Counted from the first letter of the stretch, positions 8,503 through 16,136 are shown. The stretch is 29,095 nucleotides of DNA from an uncultured virus (IMG/VR IMGVR_UViG_3300014004_000001) (IMGVR_UViG_3300014004_000001:124001-153095); one strand, 5' to 3'. Translations and numbers: made by a program. Notes: a model not told the origin generated them from the sequence alone.

Positions 8503-9447
8503 ATGAAAGTATTAATCGGTAGTCGTGCGTTGGAAATTATTTGTCGTTCTCGTGGTGTAGAACTGTATCGTGCTTGCGTAGATCTGGATTACCTCTGCAC
8601 TGAAGAAGAGTGGCAAGCAGAAGCCCAGAAATTCTCGAAAGATCGTTTCGTAGAAATTGTTGAACGCAAAGGCAACAAAGGGCATATCAAAATGATCGCG
8701 GGTGCTCATCTGGAATATGATATTGCACAACCAGGTGACTCTACAGACGCTTTGATTCAACACATCAAAGAGAATGCAGATCATCTGCCACGTATTGGTT
8801 ATGATGTGGTCGCTCCTTTGGATGTTTTGTACCTTCTGAAGATGAGTCACCGTTTTAAGAAGGACAGTCCTCACTTCCTGAAAACAATGAAGGATATCCA
8901 CTTCATGCGTAACCTTGGAGCGAAGATCCCTGAAGATTTGGAAGATACATACAAACTGCGTCAGAAGGAGTCGTATAATTACGGACACCCTAATCTGAAC
9001 GTGAAAAGTAAAGATTTCTTCAAAGGAGATGAAGTGCCTTATGTATATGATCACGATACCATCCATGAAGCTGTTGCCGTGTTGGGTGATCCCGCTTATA
9101 AATCGTACATGAAAGATGATAGCGAAGTGATGACCAGTAAAGAGAAGTTCTTTGCACAACCTAAACATATCCGTTTGCTGGGTGTTTACGAAGAAGCTTG
9201 CGTCCTGGCGTTAGAGCGTTCACAGATCCCATTTGGAGAAGATGTAGATGGTCCAACTCCTAAACAAAGTTTTATGATGGCTTTATCCAAAGTTTGTACC
9301 TCGATTACCAGTGGATGGTTCAGGGAATATGCTTGGGAAAACTTCCAAGTTGTGGTAAAACTGTATGAGCAAATGGGCCAAGATGATTACGTGGCACGTT
9401 TTAAAGCAAATCTTCACATGGTGAAACCTTACGAAGGAGGTTATTGA
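8503..9447 (+). CDS. putative Pol-beta-superfamily nucleotidyltransferase-like protein
   Basis: N-terminal VLIGSRA...DLD (hGS..DxD); LYLLKMSHRF; C-terminal YDHDTIHEAVA; ATG 8503 after GAGGAGG. Confidence 0.65.
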   Translation: MKVLIGSRALEIICRSRGVELYRACVDLDYLCTEEEWQAEAQKFSKDRFVEIVERKGNKGHIKMIAGAHLEYDIAQPGDSTDALIQHIKENADHLPRIGYDVVAPLDVLYLLKMSHRFKKDSPHFLKTMKDIHFMRNLGAKIPEDLEDTYKLRQKESYNYGHPNLNVKSKDFFKGDEVPYVYDHDTIHEAVAVLGDPAYKSYMKDDSEVMTSKEKFFAQPKHIRLLGVYEEACVLALERSQIPFGEDVDGPTPKQSFMMALSKVCTSITSGWFREYAWENFQVVVKLYEQMGQDDYVARFKANLHMVKPYEGGY

Positions 9448-9448
9448 T

Positions 9449-9847
9449 ATGGGTTGGTGTGATCAGTCACAAAGTTACTTCAAAGTGACACATGCGGATC
9501 TCAACAAGGCAAGAGTGAAGCTGTTGAGTATTGAAAAAGAAACAGCAGCTATTGACAAACGCCTCCGAGAGAGTAAAGTGGTAATCACTTCTTGGTTCGG
9601 ACTGAAACGTAAAGTCCTCACGCAGCGAGAGCATGTAATTAAAAATATGCATGGTTGGGCTTGGTTCCACGACATGGCAAAACACCTGGGGTACATTTCT
9701 ACTGAAGAACACGACCTCTTGGAGCTACGTTATCGCCTTCCAGATGTAGAAGATTTAGACTTGTGGATCAGTTCCGAACAAATCTTCTTAACCGAGAGCG
9801 ATTGGAAGAAAGTCAATATTTGTCTTAAATGGAGGGAGAATGAGTAA
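9449..9847 (+). CDS. hypothetical protein
   Basis: GGAGG RBS, 132 aa. Confidence 0.75.
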   Translation: MGWCDQSQSYFKVTHADLNKARVKLLSIEKETAAIDKRLRESKVVITSWFGLKRKVLTQREHVIKNMHGWAWFHDMAKHLGYISTEEHDLLELRYRLPDVEDLDLWISSEQIFLTESDWKKVNICLKWRENE

Positions 9848-10523
9848 AGTAGTTTTATCAACATTTGATGGATCTGGGATCATGGTACTTCGTTACGCAG
9901 AAGCAGGGCATAAATGCTACTGTGTAAATGCTGACGAAGGTGATCACGGGGCTTATGAAGTTCGCATGGAACATCCTAACATCACTTACGTGAACGCATG
10001 GATTGATTCCAACTTCAACCCTGAAGATTACGGTATCCCTAAGCCAGATATTATCTTTGGCTTCCCTCCGTGTACCATGCTGGCTGGTTGCGGTAGCAAA
10101 CATGAACGCAGCGCAGAAGAGTTGGAAGAAGCTTTGGCGAACATTCGTATCGTGGAAGCTTTAGGAAATAAATACAACGTTCCGTGGATGATTGAGAATC
10201 CAGTGGGTAAACTGTCAACATTGTGGCGTAAACCGGATTTCTATTTCGATCCTTACGAATATGGCGGATATCTGTTTGATGAAGAAGGCAGCTTCCACCC
10301 TAAAATGCCTACCCGTGACGGTTACACAAAGAAAACCTGTATTTGGCATGGCAATGGTTTTGTTAAGCCTGTGAAGAAGCCTGTGGAACATATTGGTTGC
10401 TTCTGGGGCTGGAAAAGTTTAGGTGGAGCAAGTGCGAAAACAAAGCAACTCCGATCGTTAACTGCTCGCGGTTTTGCTCGTGCTGTGTTTTTATCTAACA
10501 ACCTTTTAGATAAGGAGGAATGA
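9840..10523 (+). CDS. compact C5-cytosine DNA methyltransferase
   Basis: VLSTFDGSG (motif I), GFPPCT (catalytic PC), IENPVG (motif VI), YTKKTCIW. Confidence 0.85.
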   Translation: MSKVVLSTFDGSGIMVLRYAEAGHKCYCVNADEGDHGAYEVRMEHPNITYVNAWIDSNFNPEDYGIPKPDIIFGFPPCTMLAGCGSKHERSAEELEEALANIRIVEALGNKYNVPWMIENPVGKLSTLWRKPDFYFDPYEYGGYLFDEEGSFHPKMPTRDGYTKKTCIWHGNGFVKPVKKPVEHIGCFWGWKSLGGASAKTKQLRSLTARGFARAVFLSNNLLDKEE

Positions 10524-11188
10524 TGACCCATTTAAAACCTTTTGGTGGAAAACCTATTGTGGCGTATCAAGTAGATCGTGATGATTGGGAAGGCAGTGTA
10601 GTTGTCTTTGGTAATCATTTCTTTGCTGTGCGTCGTAAAGGCGCAAGCATGTTGGATTGTGAGGAGGAGTATTGTCATGTCTCACGCGCCAAAGAATTCG
10701 ACCAGTATGCAGAAAAAGGTTTTGTGCCTGTCAAAGCTTTACTGGAGGCAGGATGGTGGATACACTCTGCTCATGATGGTGTTAGACTCGACGAGTCTGT
10801 AGATAGTCTTGAGGCAGATTTTGACGAATGTGAAGATGGCATGTATATTGAGGGGGATCTTGTATTTTCCCTTGACGAGAAAAGTGTGTGGAAGAACTGG
10901 GAAGAAATGGAACGTCACGCGCATTTTATCAATGATGCTTTGATTCGTAAAGCTTGGTTCACGGAGGCGGTGAAGGTAGCGTATCCGCAATTCACCTTTA
11001 CAGAGGTTTGGGGCGGTCCACACCACATCACCCATACAGCATTTTTCGACTTCCCTGGTTCACGTTACAAAGGTAATGTAATGTGGGACTGGGATGAGAA
11101 TGAAGTACCATCTGTTCAAGACTTTCGTTGTTATGTTTGCCAAGGCGATCAAGAAGCCCTTGACAAATACCTGCAAAGTCTGGTATAG
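10520..11188 (+). CDS. hypothetical protein
   Basis: AAGGAGG RBS; FDQYA..G.VP...LLEAGWW segment. Confidence 0.8.
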   Translation: MMTHLKPFGGKPIVAYQVDRDDWEGSVVVFGNHFFAVRRKGASMLDCEEEYCHVSRAKEFDQYAEKGFVPVKALLEAGWWIHSAHDGVRLDESVDSLEADFDECEDGMYIEGDLVFSLDEKSVWKNWEEMERHAHFINDALIRKAWFTEAVKVAYPQFTFTEVWGGPHHITHTAFFDFPGSRYKGNVMWDWDENEVPSVQDFRCYVCQGDQEALDKYLQSLV

Positions 11189-11189
11189 T
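11160..11189 (+). promoter_or_regulatory. sigma70-type promoter overlapping the ORF 3' end
   Basis: TTGACA-N18-TATAGT (TG extended -10), then N5-CATC. Confidence 0.7.
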
Positions 11190-11203
11190 GCCAGCATCTG
11201 AAC

Positions 11204-11234
11204 AAAGCCTCCTGCTTCAGGGGGCTTTTCTTTT
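11204..11234 (+). terminator. intrinsic terminator
   Basis: AAAGCCTCCTG-CTT-CAGGGGGCTTT-TCTTTT. Confidence 0.8.
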
Positions 11235-11246
11235 ATGGGAGGAAAT

Positions 11247-11741
11247 ATGTTTCAAGTAGAAATTCATGTGCACAACAGTTGTTCAAATTGCGAAACTTGT
11301 GGTTACAATAGTTCAACCATGATCACTATTAGCGGAGACTTAGGACATGCCAAGTTTGGCGAAGTCGCAAGCTGCTTCAGCGGAGAGGATGCAGATTGGC
11401 ATGATATTGCTTTGTGGCTATGCGGAAGACTGAATGTAAATTGTAAAGACTTCCCTGAACTGTTGAGCCGAAGTCTCGTCGATAGTCGGGAACAAGCCTA
11501 CAATATTTATGCCGCTTCTGTTTATGTTGATCATAAATGGGTAGAAGATGAAGAAGCTGAACGTTTGCTGCGCCTCTACTACGAAGCAGAGGAAGCTTAT
11601 GATAACTATTATAGCATGTCCAACATCCTGCGTTTGTTTGCAGAGTTCGATATTTACTTTGAAGTGAGTTATTCTGAAGATGAAGTGTATGATTTTGATG
11701 ACGATGATTACGAGGAGGATGAAGAATGCCAAGACGATTAA
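11247..11741 (+). CDS. hypothetical acidic protein with CxxCxxCG cluster
   Basis: ATG 11247 after GGAGG; CSNCETCG; D/E-rich tail. Confidence 0.75.
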   Translation: MFQVEIHVHNSCSNCETCGYNSSTMITISGDLGHAKFGEVASCFSGEDADWHDIALWLCGRLNVNCKDFPELLSRSLVDSREQAYNIYAASVYVDHKWVEDEEAERLLRLYYEAEEAYDNYYSMSNILRLFAEFDIYFEVSYSEDEVYDFDDDDYEEDEECQDD

Positions 11742-12529
11742 TAGTGATCAGCGGCGCTGGTCTAAGCGCCGATAGCGGTGTACAAACATTCCGTACAGAG
11801 ACAGAGGGTGGAAAAGCCTTATGGGACGAGTACGATTTAGAGGAGGTTTGTAATATTGGGGCATTCCAGGCAGGTTATCGTAGACGTACATGTCCCGATT
11901 TACCTGTCATCGGAGGTGAGGATGAGGAAGGATACAACCTCTACAACAAGACCCATGATTTCTATAACAAGCGTCGTATAGAGTTGGATAGTATAGATCC
12001 AAACGCTGCACATCGTCTGATTGCTCGTTTATACTCAGAGTATGGTGCTGATCGTATTTTAAACATCACCACTAACGTAGACGATCTTTTGGAACGTGCT
12101 GGTGTTGTTCACGAAGATGTTCTGCATGTGCATGGCTACCTACCAGAAATTATAGTGGACCGGAAGTTTATTAAAGAAATCGGTTATGCAAGTGTGGATG
12201 TGGATAAGTACGATTACGTGAAACCTAATGTTGTCTTCTTCGGGGAATCTGCTCCGCTGTACACAGAGATGTACCATATGCTTGATAATCTCACATCTCA
12301 GGATATGGTTATCGTTGTTGGTTGCTCTAACCAAGTGATCAACTTCAACTGGGAACTCTTCCCTGCCCTGAATATCGGGACAAAAATGGTTGTAGTTAAC
12401 CCAAGTTTGAATTACGTAGAACAAACCCTCTACGAAGAACGTGGAGTTTTTGTTTACCGAGAAAAAGCTGCAACAGCCTTCAGTAATGAAGGTTTCATTA
12501 AAATGATCGAAGACCACTTAAACAAATAA
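11726..12529 (+). CDS. Sir2-family NAD-dependent deacylase
   Basis: SGAGLSADSG..TFR, PNAAH, TTNVDDLLERAG, HVHG, KPNVVFFGE, VVGCS. Confidence 0.93.
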   Translation: MPRRLIVISGAGLSADSGVQTFRTETEGGKALWDEYDLEEVCNIGAFQAGYRRRTCPDLPVIGGEDEEGYNLYNKTHDFYNKRRIELDSIDPNAAHRLIARLYSEYGADRILNITTNVDDLLERAGVVHEDVLHVHGYLPEIIVDRKFIKEIGYASVDVDKYDYVKPNVVFFGESAPLYTEMYHMLDNLTSQDMVIVVGCSNQVINFNWELFPALNIGTKMVVVNPSLNYVEQTLYEERGVFVYREKAATAFSNEGFIKMIEDHLNK

Positions 12530-12536
12530 ACCAACC

Positions 12537-12558
12537 AAGGGGCTACGGCCCCTTTCTT
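12537..12558 (+). terminator. intrinsic terminator
   Basis: AAGGGGC-TACG-GCCCCTT-TCTT. Confidence 0.7.
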
Positions 12559-12572
12559 ATTAGGAGATTACT

Positions 12573-12845
12573 ATGCAACAAGAAACTTTCGATTTTTATC
12601 TCGCCAATTACGTCTACTACTTCTCTAATGGTACACAGAAAGGGGAAGGCAACCTTTACCTGGCTACCAACACTGGAGCAGGTGTTCGTAAAGCCAATAT
12701 TGATTTAGCAAGAGAAACAGTTCGTTCTGGACTGGAAGAGACGCTTGAAACTCCAGTTGTTGTGGTTATACAAACTATCAGTTACCTTGCAACCTGTACT
12801 AAAGAGGATTTTGAGGCTCCTCAAACGCAATCTAACGAAGCATAA
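12573..12845 (+). CDS. hypothetical protein
   Basis: AGGAG RBS, 90 aa; last + strand gene. Confidence 0.75.
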   Translation: MQQETFDFYLANYVYYFSNGTQKGEGNLYLATNTGAGVRKANIDLARETVRSGLEETLETPVVVVIQTISYLATCTKEDFEAPQTQSNEA

Positions 12846-12880
12846 AAGAAAGGCACCCAAGTGGGTGCCTTTTCTATTTT
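12846..12880. terminator. bidirectional terminator at the convergent strand switch
   Basis: AAAGGCACCC-AAGT-GGGTGCCTTT, A-rich left flank and T-rich right flank. Confidence 0.85.
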
Positions 12881-12914
12881 AGAGCGTCTCTGTGTGATTT
12901 AAGGAGGTTCTCGG

Positions 12915-13145
12915 CTATTTGTGAAGTGCTCTCTCGTACAACTCGATAATCAACTCGTCTTCGGCAGTAATACGGGCCATTTGATCTGTCTTCAGGATTG
13001 CTGGTTGGTAATGATGCATTTCACTGCTCAAGATACACTCCCACTCATCTTCCCCTACTCTCTCACCTACGTGAATCTTCACAGGATACCAGAAAGGATT
13101 GTCCACCAGGAATGCCATACAACCTTCTTCGATTTTGCTCAACAT
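12915..13145 (-). CDS. hypothetical protein
   Basis: AAGGAG RBS, 76 aa. Confidence 0.75.
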   Translation of the reverse strand: MLSKIEEGCMAFLVDNPFWYPVKIHVGERVGEDEWECILSSEMHHYQPAILKTDQMARITAEDELIIELYERALHK

Positions 13146-13169
13146 AGTAATCTCCTTTGTTCAGATATG

Positions 13170-13191
13170 AAAAAACCCGCCGAAGCGGGTT
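13170..13191 (-). terminator. intrinsic terminator (identical to 8412-8433)
   Basis: minus strand AACCCGC-TTCG-GCGGGTT-TTTT. Confidence 0.9.
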
Positions 13192-13210
13192 CATGTGCTG
13201 CGGTAGGATC

Positions 13211-13239
13211 AGTATCCTACAACACGAATTGTTTGTCAA
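13211..13239 (-). promoter_or_regulatory. sigma70-type promoter
   Basis: TTGACA-N17-GATACT; -35 contains the upstream TGA stop. Confidence 0.6.
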
Positions 13240-13520
13240 CGTTTGGAGTAGAAAAACTCCTCATATTCTGATCGTGTGACTATTGCTGGGCGACCTTTAG
13301 TGCCGAAGAAGTTTGCGCTTGGGCCTTGTGCCATACCTTTATTGAACAAGCAGTAATCCCCACGCATATAAATCCCAGAGAATGTTTCAACAACATCGTA
13401 TTTGCCAACGCTGGAGAACTTAATTTCTCCATCTGCATCTCGAACTGCGATCACAGCTTGTTCAGGCCATTCTTCGTTGAGAGCTTTAAGACCGTTGTAA
13501 ACTTCTTGTACGAGTTCCAT
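13236..13520 (-). CDS. hypothetical protein
   Basis: AAGGAGG RBS; WPEQAVIAVRDADG. Confidence 0.8.
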   Translation of the reverse strand: MELVQEVYNGLKALNEEWPEQAVIAVRDADGEIKFSSVGKYDVVETFSGIYMRGDYCLFNKGMAQGPSANFFGTKGRPAIVTRSEYEEFFYSKR

Positions 13521-13529
13521 ATTACCTCC

Positions 13530-13703
13530 TTAAAGTACGATTTTTTCTTCGTCTGGTTTGTCATAATTTGGAGAGTAGACATGTGAAGGGTTGAAACCCT
13601 TGAAGCTACCACGTCCTTTACGAGGACAGTTGAAAGTACGAGCCTGATGATCACCGAAAGACTTACCACAATGCACACATTTGAAGTTGGTAACTTTATT
13701 CAT
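13530..13703 (-). CDS. small putative Zn-binding protein
   Basis: ATG 13703 after AAGGAG; CVHCG...H...CP. Confidence 0.7.
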   Translation of the reverse strand: MNKVTNFKCVHCGKSFGDHQARTFNCPRKGRGSFKGFNPSHVYSPNYDKPDEEKIVL

Positions 13704-13758
13704 GTTCTTCTCCTTTAGGTTAATAGGCTGCACCTATTAAGATGCAGCTTTTGATAGA

Positions 13759-13860
13759 TTACTTAGATGAGTCCAGAATATCTTTTACTTTGGCGATGAT
13801 AACATCTTGATACTTATGGATGTGATATCCTACTACTAAACCTACGATAAATGCAATCAT
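13759..13860 (-). CDS. 33-aa putative membrane peptide
   Basis: AGGAG RBS, TAATG coupling; MIAFIVGLVVGYHIHKYQDVIIAKVKDILDSSK; not in ORF track. Confidence 0.6.
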   Translation of the reverse strand: MIAFIVGLVVGYHIHKYQDVIIAKVKDILDSSK

Positions 13861-14459
13861 TATTTTCTCCTATTTTGCTCGAATGTAGCTTGTGTCGGTA
13901 TGTCAAACCAGTGGAAGTAACCTTTTTGTTGGGGTGCGATGCTGGTGCCAGTTGCCACAGCCAACACATCCACACTGATACCTATCTGATCATCTTCTAC
14001 CGTATAATCCGAGGACCATAATTTAACAGTCAACGGTGTCTTTCCGACGAGGAAGTGAAGTCCTGCGTTTCCCCAGATGTTCACTTCAATCCCTTCGTCT
14101 TGAAATACATCTTGCTCTACTTCCTGTAGTTTGTCAAACACTTTCTGCACATCTTTTGGATTAAGACGAATACTATGTAGATCGTCAAACATGTTCACAA
14201 AATCTTGTGCTCGTTTTGTGTTTTGGGATACAGGGTGAATACAGTGTGGCACTAACGGGGACACACGAATGTACCCATGATCATCATACCAACGCACAAT
14301 AAACACCTCTCGACTTGGCTGACGATCTTTTGCCAAGATTGTAACTTCTTGACCCTCTTCAATAGATGGGTAGTCTGGGTCATACGCTGATGCACCATAC
14401 ACCAAAGCTACGTGTCCAACATCCAAAGGTGTTTTTCCGTCCCAATAAGTTGTTTCCAT
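13860..14459 (-). CDS. hypothetical protein
   Basis: GGAGGG RBS, 199 aa. Confidence 0.8.
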   Translation of the reverse strand: METTYWDGKTPLDVGHVALVYGASAYDPDYPSIEEGQEVTILAKDRQPSREVFIVRWYDDHGYIRVSPLVPHCIHPVSQNTKRAQDFVNMFDDLHSIRLNPKDVQKVFDKLQEVEQDVFQDEGIEVNIWGNAGLHFLVGKTPLTVKLWSSDYTVEDDQIGISVDVLAVATGTSIAPQQKGYFHWFDIPTQATFEQNRRK

Positions 14460-14467
14460 TTTCCCTC

Positions 14468-14731
14468 CTAAATAAGATCTGTGAAGTAGTGAATAACTTC
14501 GATATTATGGAAAAGCGTTTTACGCTCTTTTGTGTACTCTGTTGTCGTGACAGTCACCTTAGCCACCCCAAAATCTTTCATAGGGAACGTGGGTGCCTCT
14601 TTCAGGATATTATGTACTGTTTGGATGGCTTCAAATTCTGTCTCCCAGTAACTGAAGTAACCTTCGTCATCCGTGACGAGATTCTTGCCTTCCAAGTTCA
14701 CGAAACAATAAAACTCTCGCGGTGTTGTCAT
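14468..14731 (-). CDS. hypothetical protein
   Basis: 87 aa, ATGA-coupled. Confidence 0.75.
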   Translation of the reverse strand: MTTPREFYCFVNLEGKNLVTDDEGYFSYWETEFEAIQTVHNILKEAPTFPMKDFGVAKVTVTTTEYTKERKTLFHNIEVIHYFTDLI

Positions 14732-14886
14732 TCCACCTTCTCCAAAGCTTTCTTGAAGAATGTAGCATGTAACAGATGGCCCTCTGTATCAAACCATGTC
14801 ACTTTACAGGAGTCCCCGTAGTCCTCTGTGACGGTCATGATAACAGCTTCCCCACGTAAGGTTACAACATCGCCTACTGTAATCAT
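14728..14886 (-). CDS. YodC/DUF2158-like small protein (52 aa)
   Basis: MITVGDVVTLRGEAVIMTVTE...VTWFD; GGAGG RBS; not in ORF track. Confidence 0.65.
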   Translation of the reverse strand: MITVGDVVTLRGEAVIMTVTEDYGDSCKVTWFDTEGHLLHATFFKKALEKVE

Positions 14887-15329
14887 AAATCCTCCGGTGT
14901 GCCAGCACGTAAAGCAGCTAAAGGTTCAGCCACAGCTTCCAGAGCGGCTTCAATCTGATCTTCAATCACATCACGAACCATTGCAATACGTTCATCGATA
15001 TGCACAACGAAAGCATCGTTATAAGCACCAACTAACGTATTGTAAAATGTTTCTTGTGCGCTTAACGCGCCGCTAAGAATGAAATTACGTTGATCTTCAG
15101 GTAGTTGTTGGTGCTCTTCATATTTGGCAAACGTTTCACGGTTGATTTCCAACAGAGTCCCCATCATAAGGTCAAACTGCAAATCTTTGTCCGAGGGATT
15201 TCCCATTACAATGGTATTGTAAATGTTCAGCAAGCTGGTGCTAACACGAGCATTGTTTTCTACACCTTCCATCTGACGGAAAATAGTTAACACATCAATA
15301 GTTTCTTCAATCTTTTCGTTTTGGTTCAT
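14883..15329 (-). CDS. hypothetical helical protein
   Basis: GAGGAG RBS, 148 aa. Confidence 0.8.
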   Translation of the reverse strand: MNQNEKIEETIDVLTIFRQMEGVENNARVSTSLLNIYNTIVMGNPSDKDLQFDLMMGTLLEINRETFAKYEEHQQLPEDQRNFILSGALSAQETFYNTLVGAYNDAFVVHIDERIAMVRDVIEDQIEAALEAVAEPLAALRAGTPEDL

Positions 15330-15507
15330 ATACGTTCTCCTCTATCATTGGAAGATATCCTGTGGTTTTACAGGGATTGCACTCATAAAGCTGGCCTACA
15401 TCAACCATAACGTAACCTAAACCTCCACAATATGGACACTCCATAGGGGTACAAGGTACAGGTGTTGTTACGGTTACATCCACAACACGGGCAATTCTCA
15501 TTCCCAT
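15307..15507 (-). CDS. small Zn-finger protein (CxxCxxxG repeats)
   Basis: CPYCGGLG and CNPCKTTG. Confidence 0.7.
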   Translation of the reverse strand: MGMRIARVVDVTVTTPVPCTPMECPYCGGLGYVMVDVGQLYECNPCKTTGYLPMIEENVYEPKRKD

Positions 15508-15725
15508 TCTCCTATAAGCTGGGGATTCAAGGCGAATTGTGACATACGTTCAGTGGGAGAGTATAAGTACGGAGGTGTAATTTGCTCCAGCACCTTAGCT
15601 GCACGTACTTCATCTTCCACATCAATATGGAAACCACGTTCCATAGTTAATACGCCATGATCATTAAGAAGGAATAGAGATTCTACTCCATCTACCTTAT
15701 CAATTGCAACATAAAGTTTAGTCAT
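15498..15725 (-). CDS. hypothetical protein, paralogue of 15736..15951
   Basis: LYVAIDKVDG...FALNPQLIGEW; ATG 15725 after GGAG. Confidence 0.75.
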   Translation of the reverse strand: MTKLYVAIDKVDGVESLFLLNDHGVLTMERGFHIDVEDEVRAAKVLEQITPPYLYSPTERMSQFALNPQLIGEWE

Positions 15726-15735
15726 TTTATCTCCA

Positions 15736-15951
15736 TCACCATTCAGCAATCAGTTGAGGTTTGACAGCAAAAGCCTGGAAGGTTGTAATATCATAAAGAA
15801 AGACATTAGTCGCCTCTTTCAGCTTAGTTGTCATGCCAGCCTTAGTTTCTCCGTTCCACGGGAAGATAGCAACACCTTGCTCTCCAACTAACCACCAGTG
15901 GTAATTGCCGTCACGAAGATCTTTTGCTTTATAAAGATAATTAGTAATCAT
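15736..15951 (-). CDS. hypothetical protein, paralogue of 15498..15725
   Basis: LYKAKDLRDG...FAVKPQLIAEW; ATG 15951 after GGGAG. Confidence 0.7.
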   Translation of the reverse strand: MITNYLYKAKDLRDGNYHWWLVGEQGVAIFPWNGETKAGMTTKLKEATNVFLYDITTFQAFAVKPQLIAEW

Positions 15952-16114
15952 TGCCACGTTTCTCCCATCTTTGCATCGCCTGTAACCAGCCCTCGGCTCT
16001 TTCCCTGGTTTCGAAGTAGACAGGAATACCCGTCCCTGCAAATGTGACCCACCAAGTGAAGATCCACCAACCTGTTTTTATGCGATATCCTGTTTCATAT
16101 TCGACCACTTTCAT
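15941..16114 (-). CDS. Trp-rich 57-aa hypothetical protein
   Basis: MKVVEYETGYRIKTGWWIFTWW...; AAAGGT RBS directly downstream of a promoter; not in ORF track. Confidence 0.65.
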   Translation of the reverse strand: MKVVEYETGYRIKTGWWIFTWWVTFAGTGIPVYFETRERAEGWLQAMQRWEKRGNDY

Positions 16115-16136
16115 GAGTCACCTTTAAAATCGTCTC

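Noticed and set aside
8512..9168. 218-aa antisense ORF inside the NTase-like gene
   Set aside because: No RBS, no motif; shadow of the sense-strand codon bias
684..12554. Same AAGGGGC/GCCCCTT stem at 684 and 12537 as a repeat family
   Set aside because: Short terminator-type stems with different loops; ordinary
8412..13191. Identical 22-bp sequence in inverted orientation (8412-8433 and 13170-13191) as recombinase inversion sites
   Set aside because: It is a generic UUCG intrinsic terminator, identity does not extend into the flanks, and it lies more than 6 kb from the recombinase
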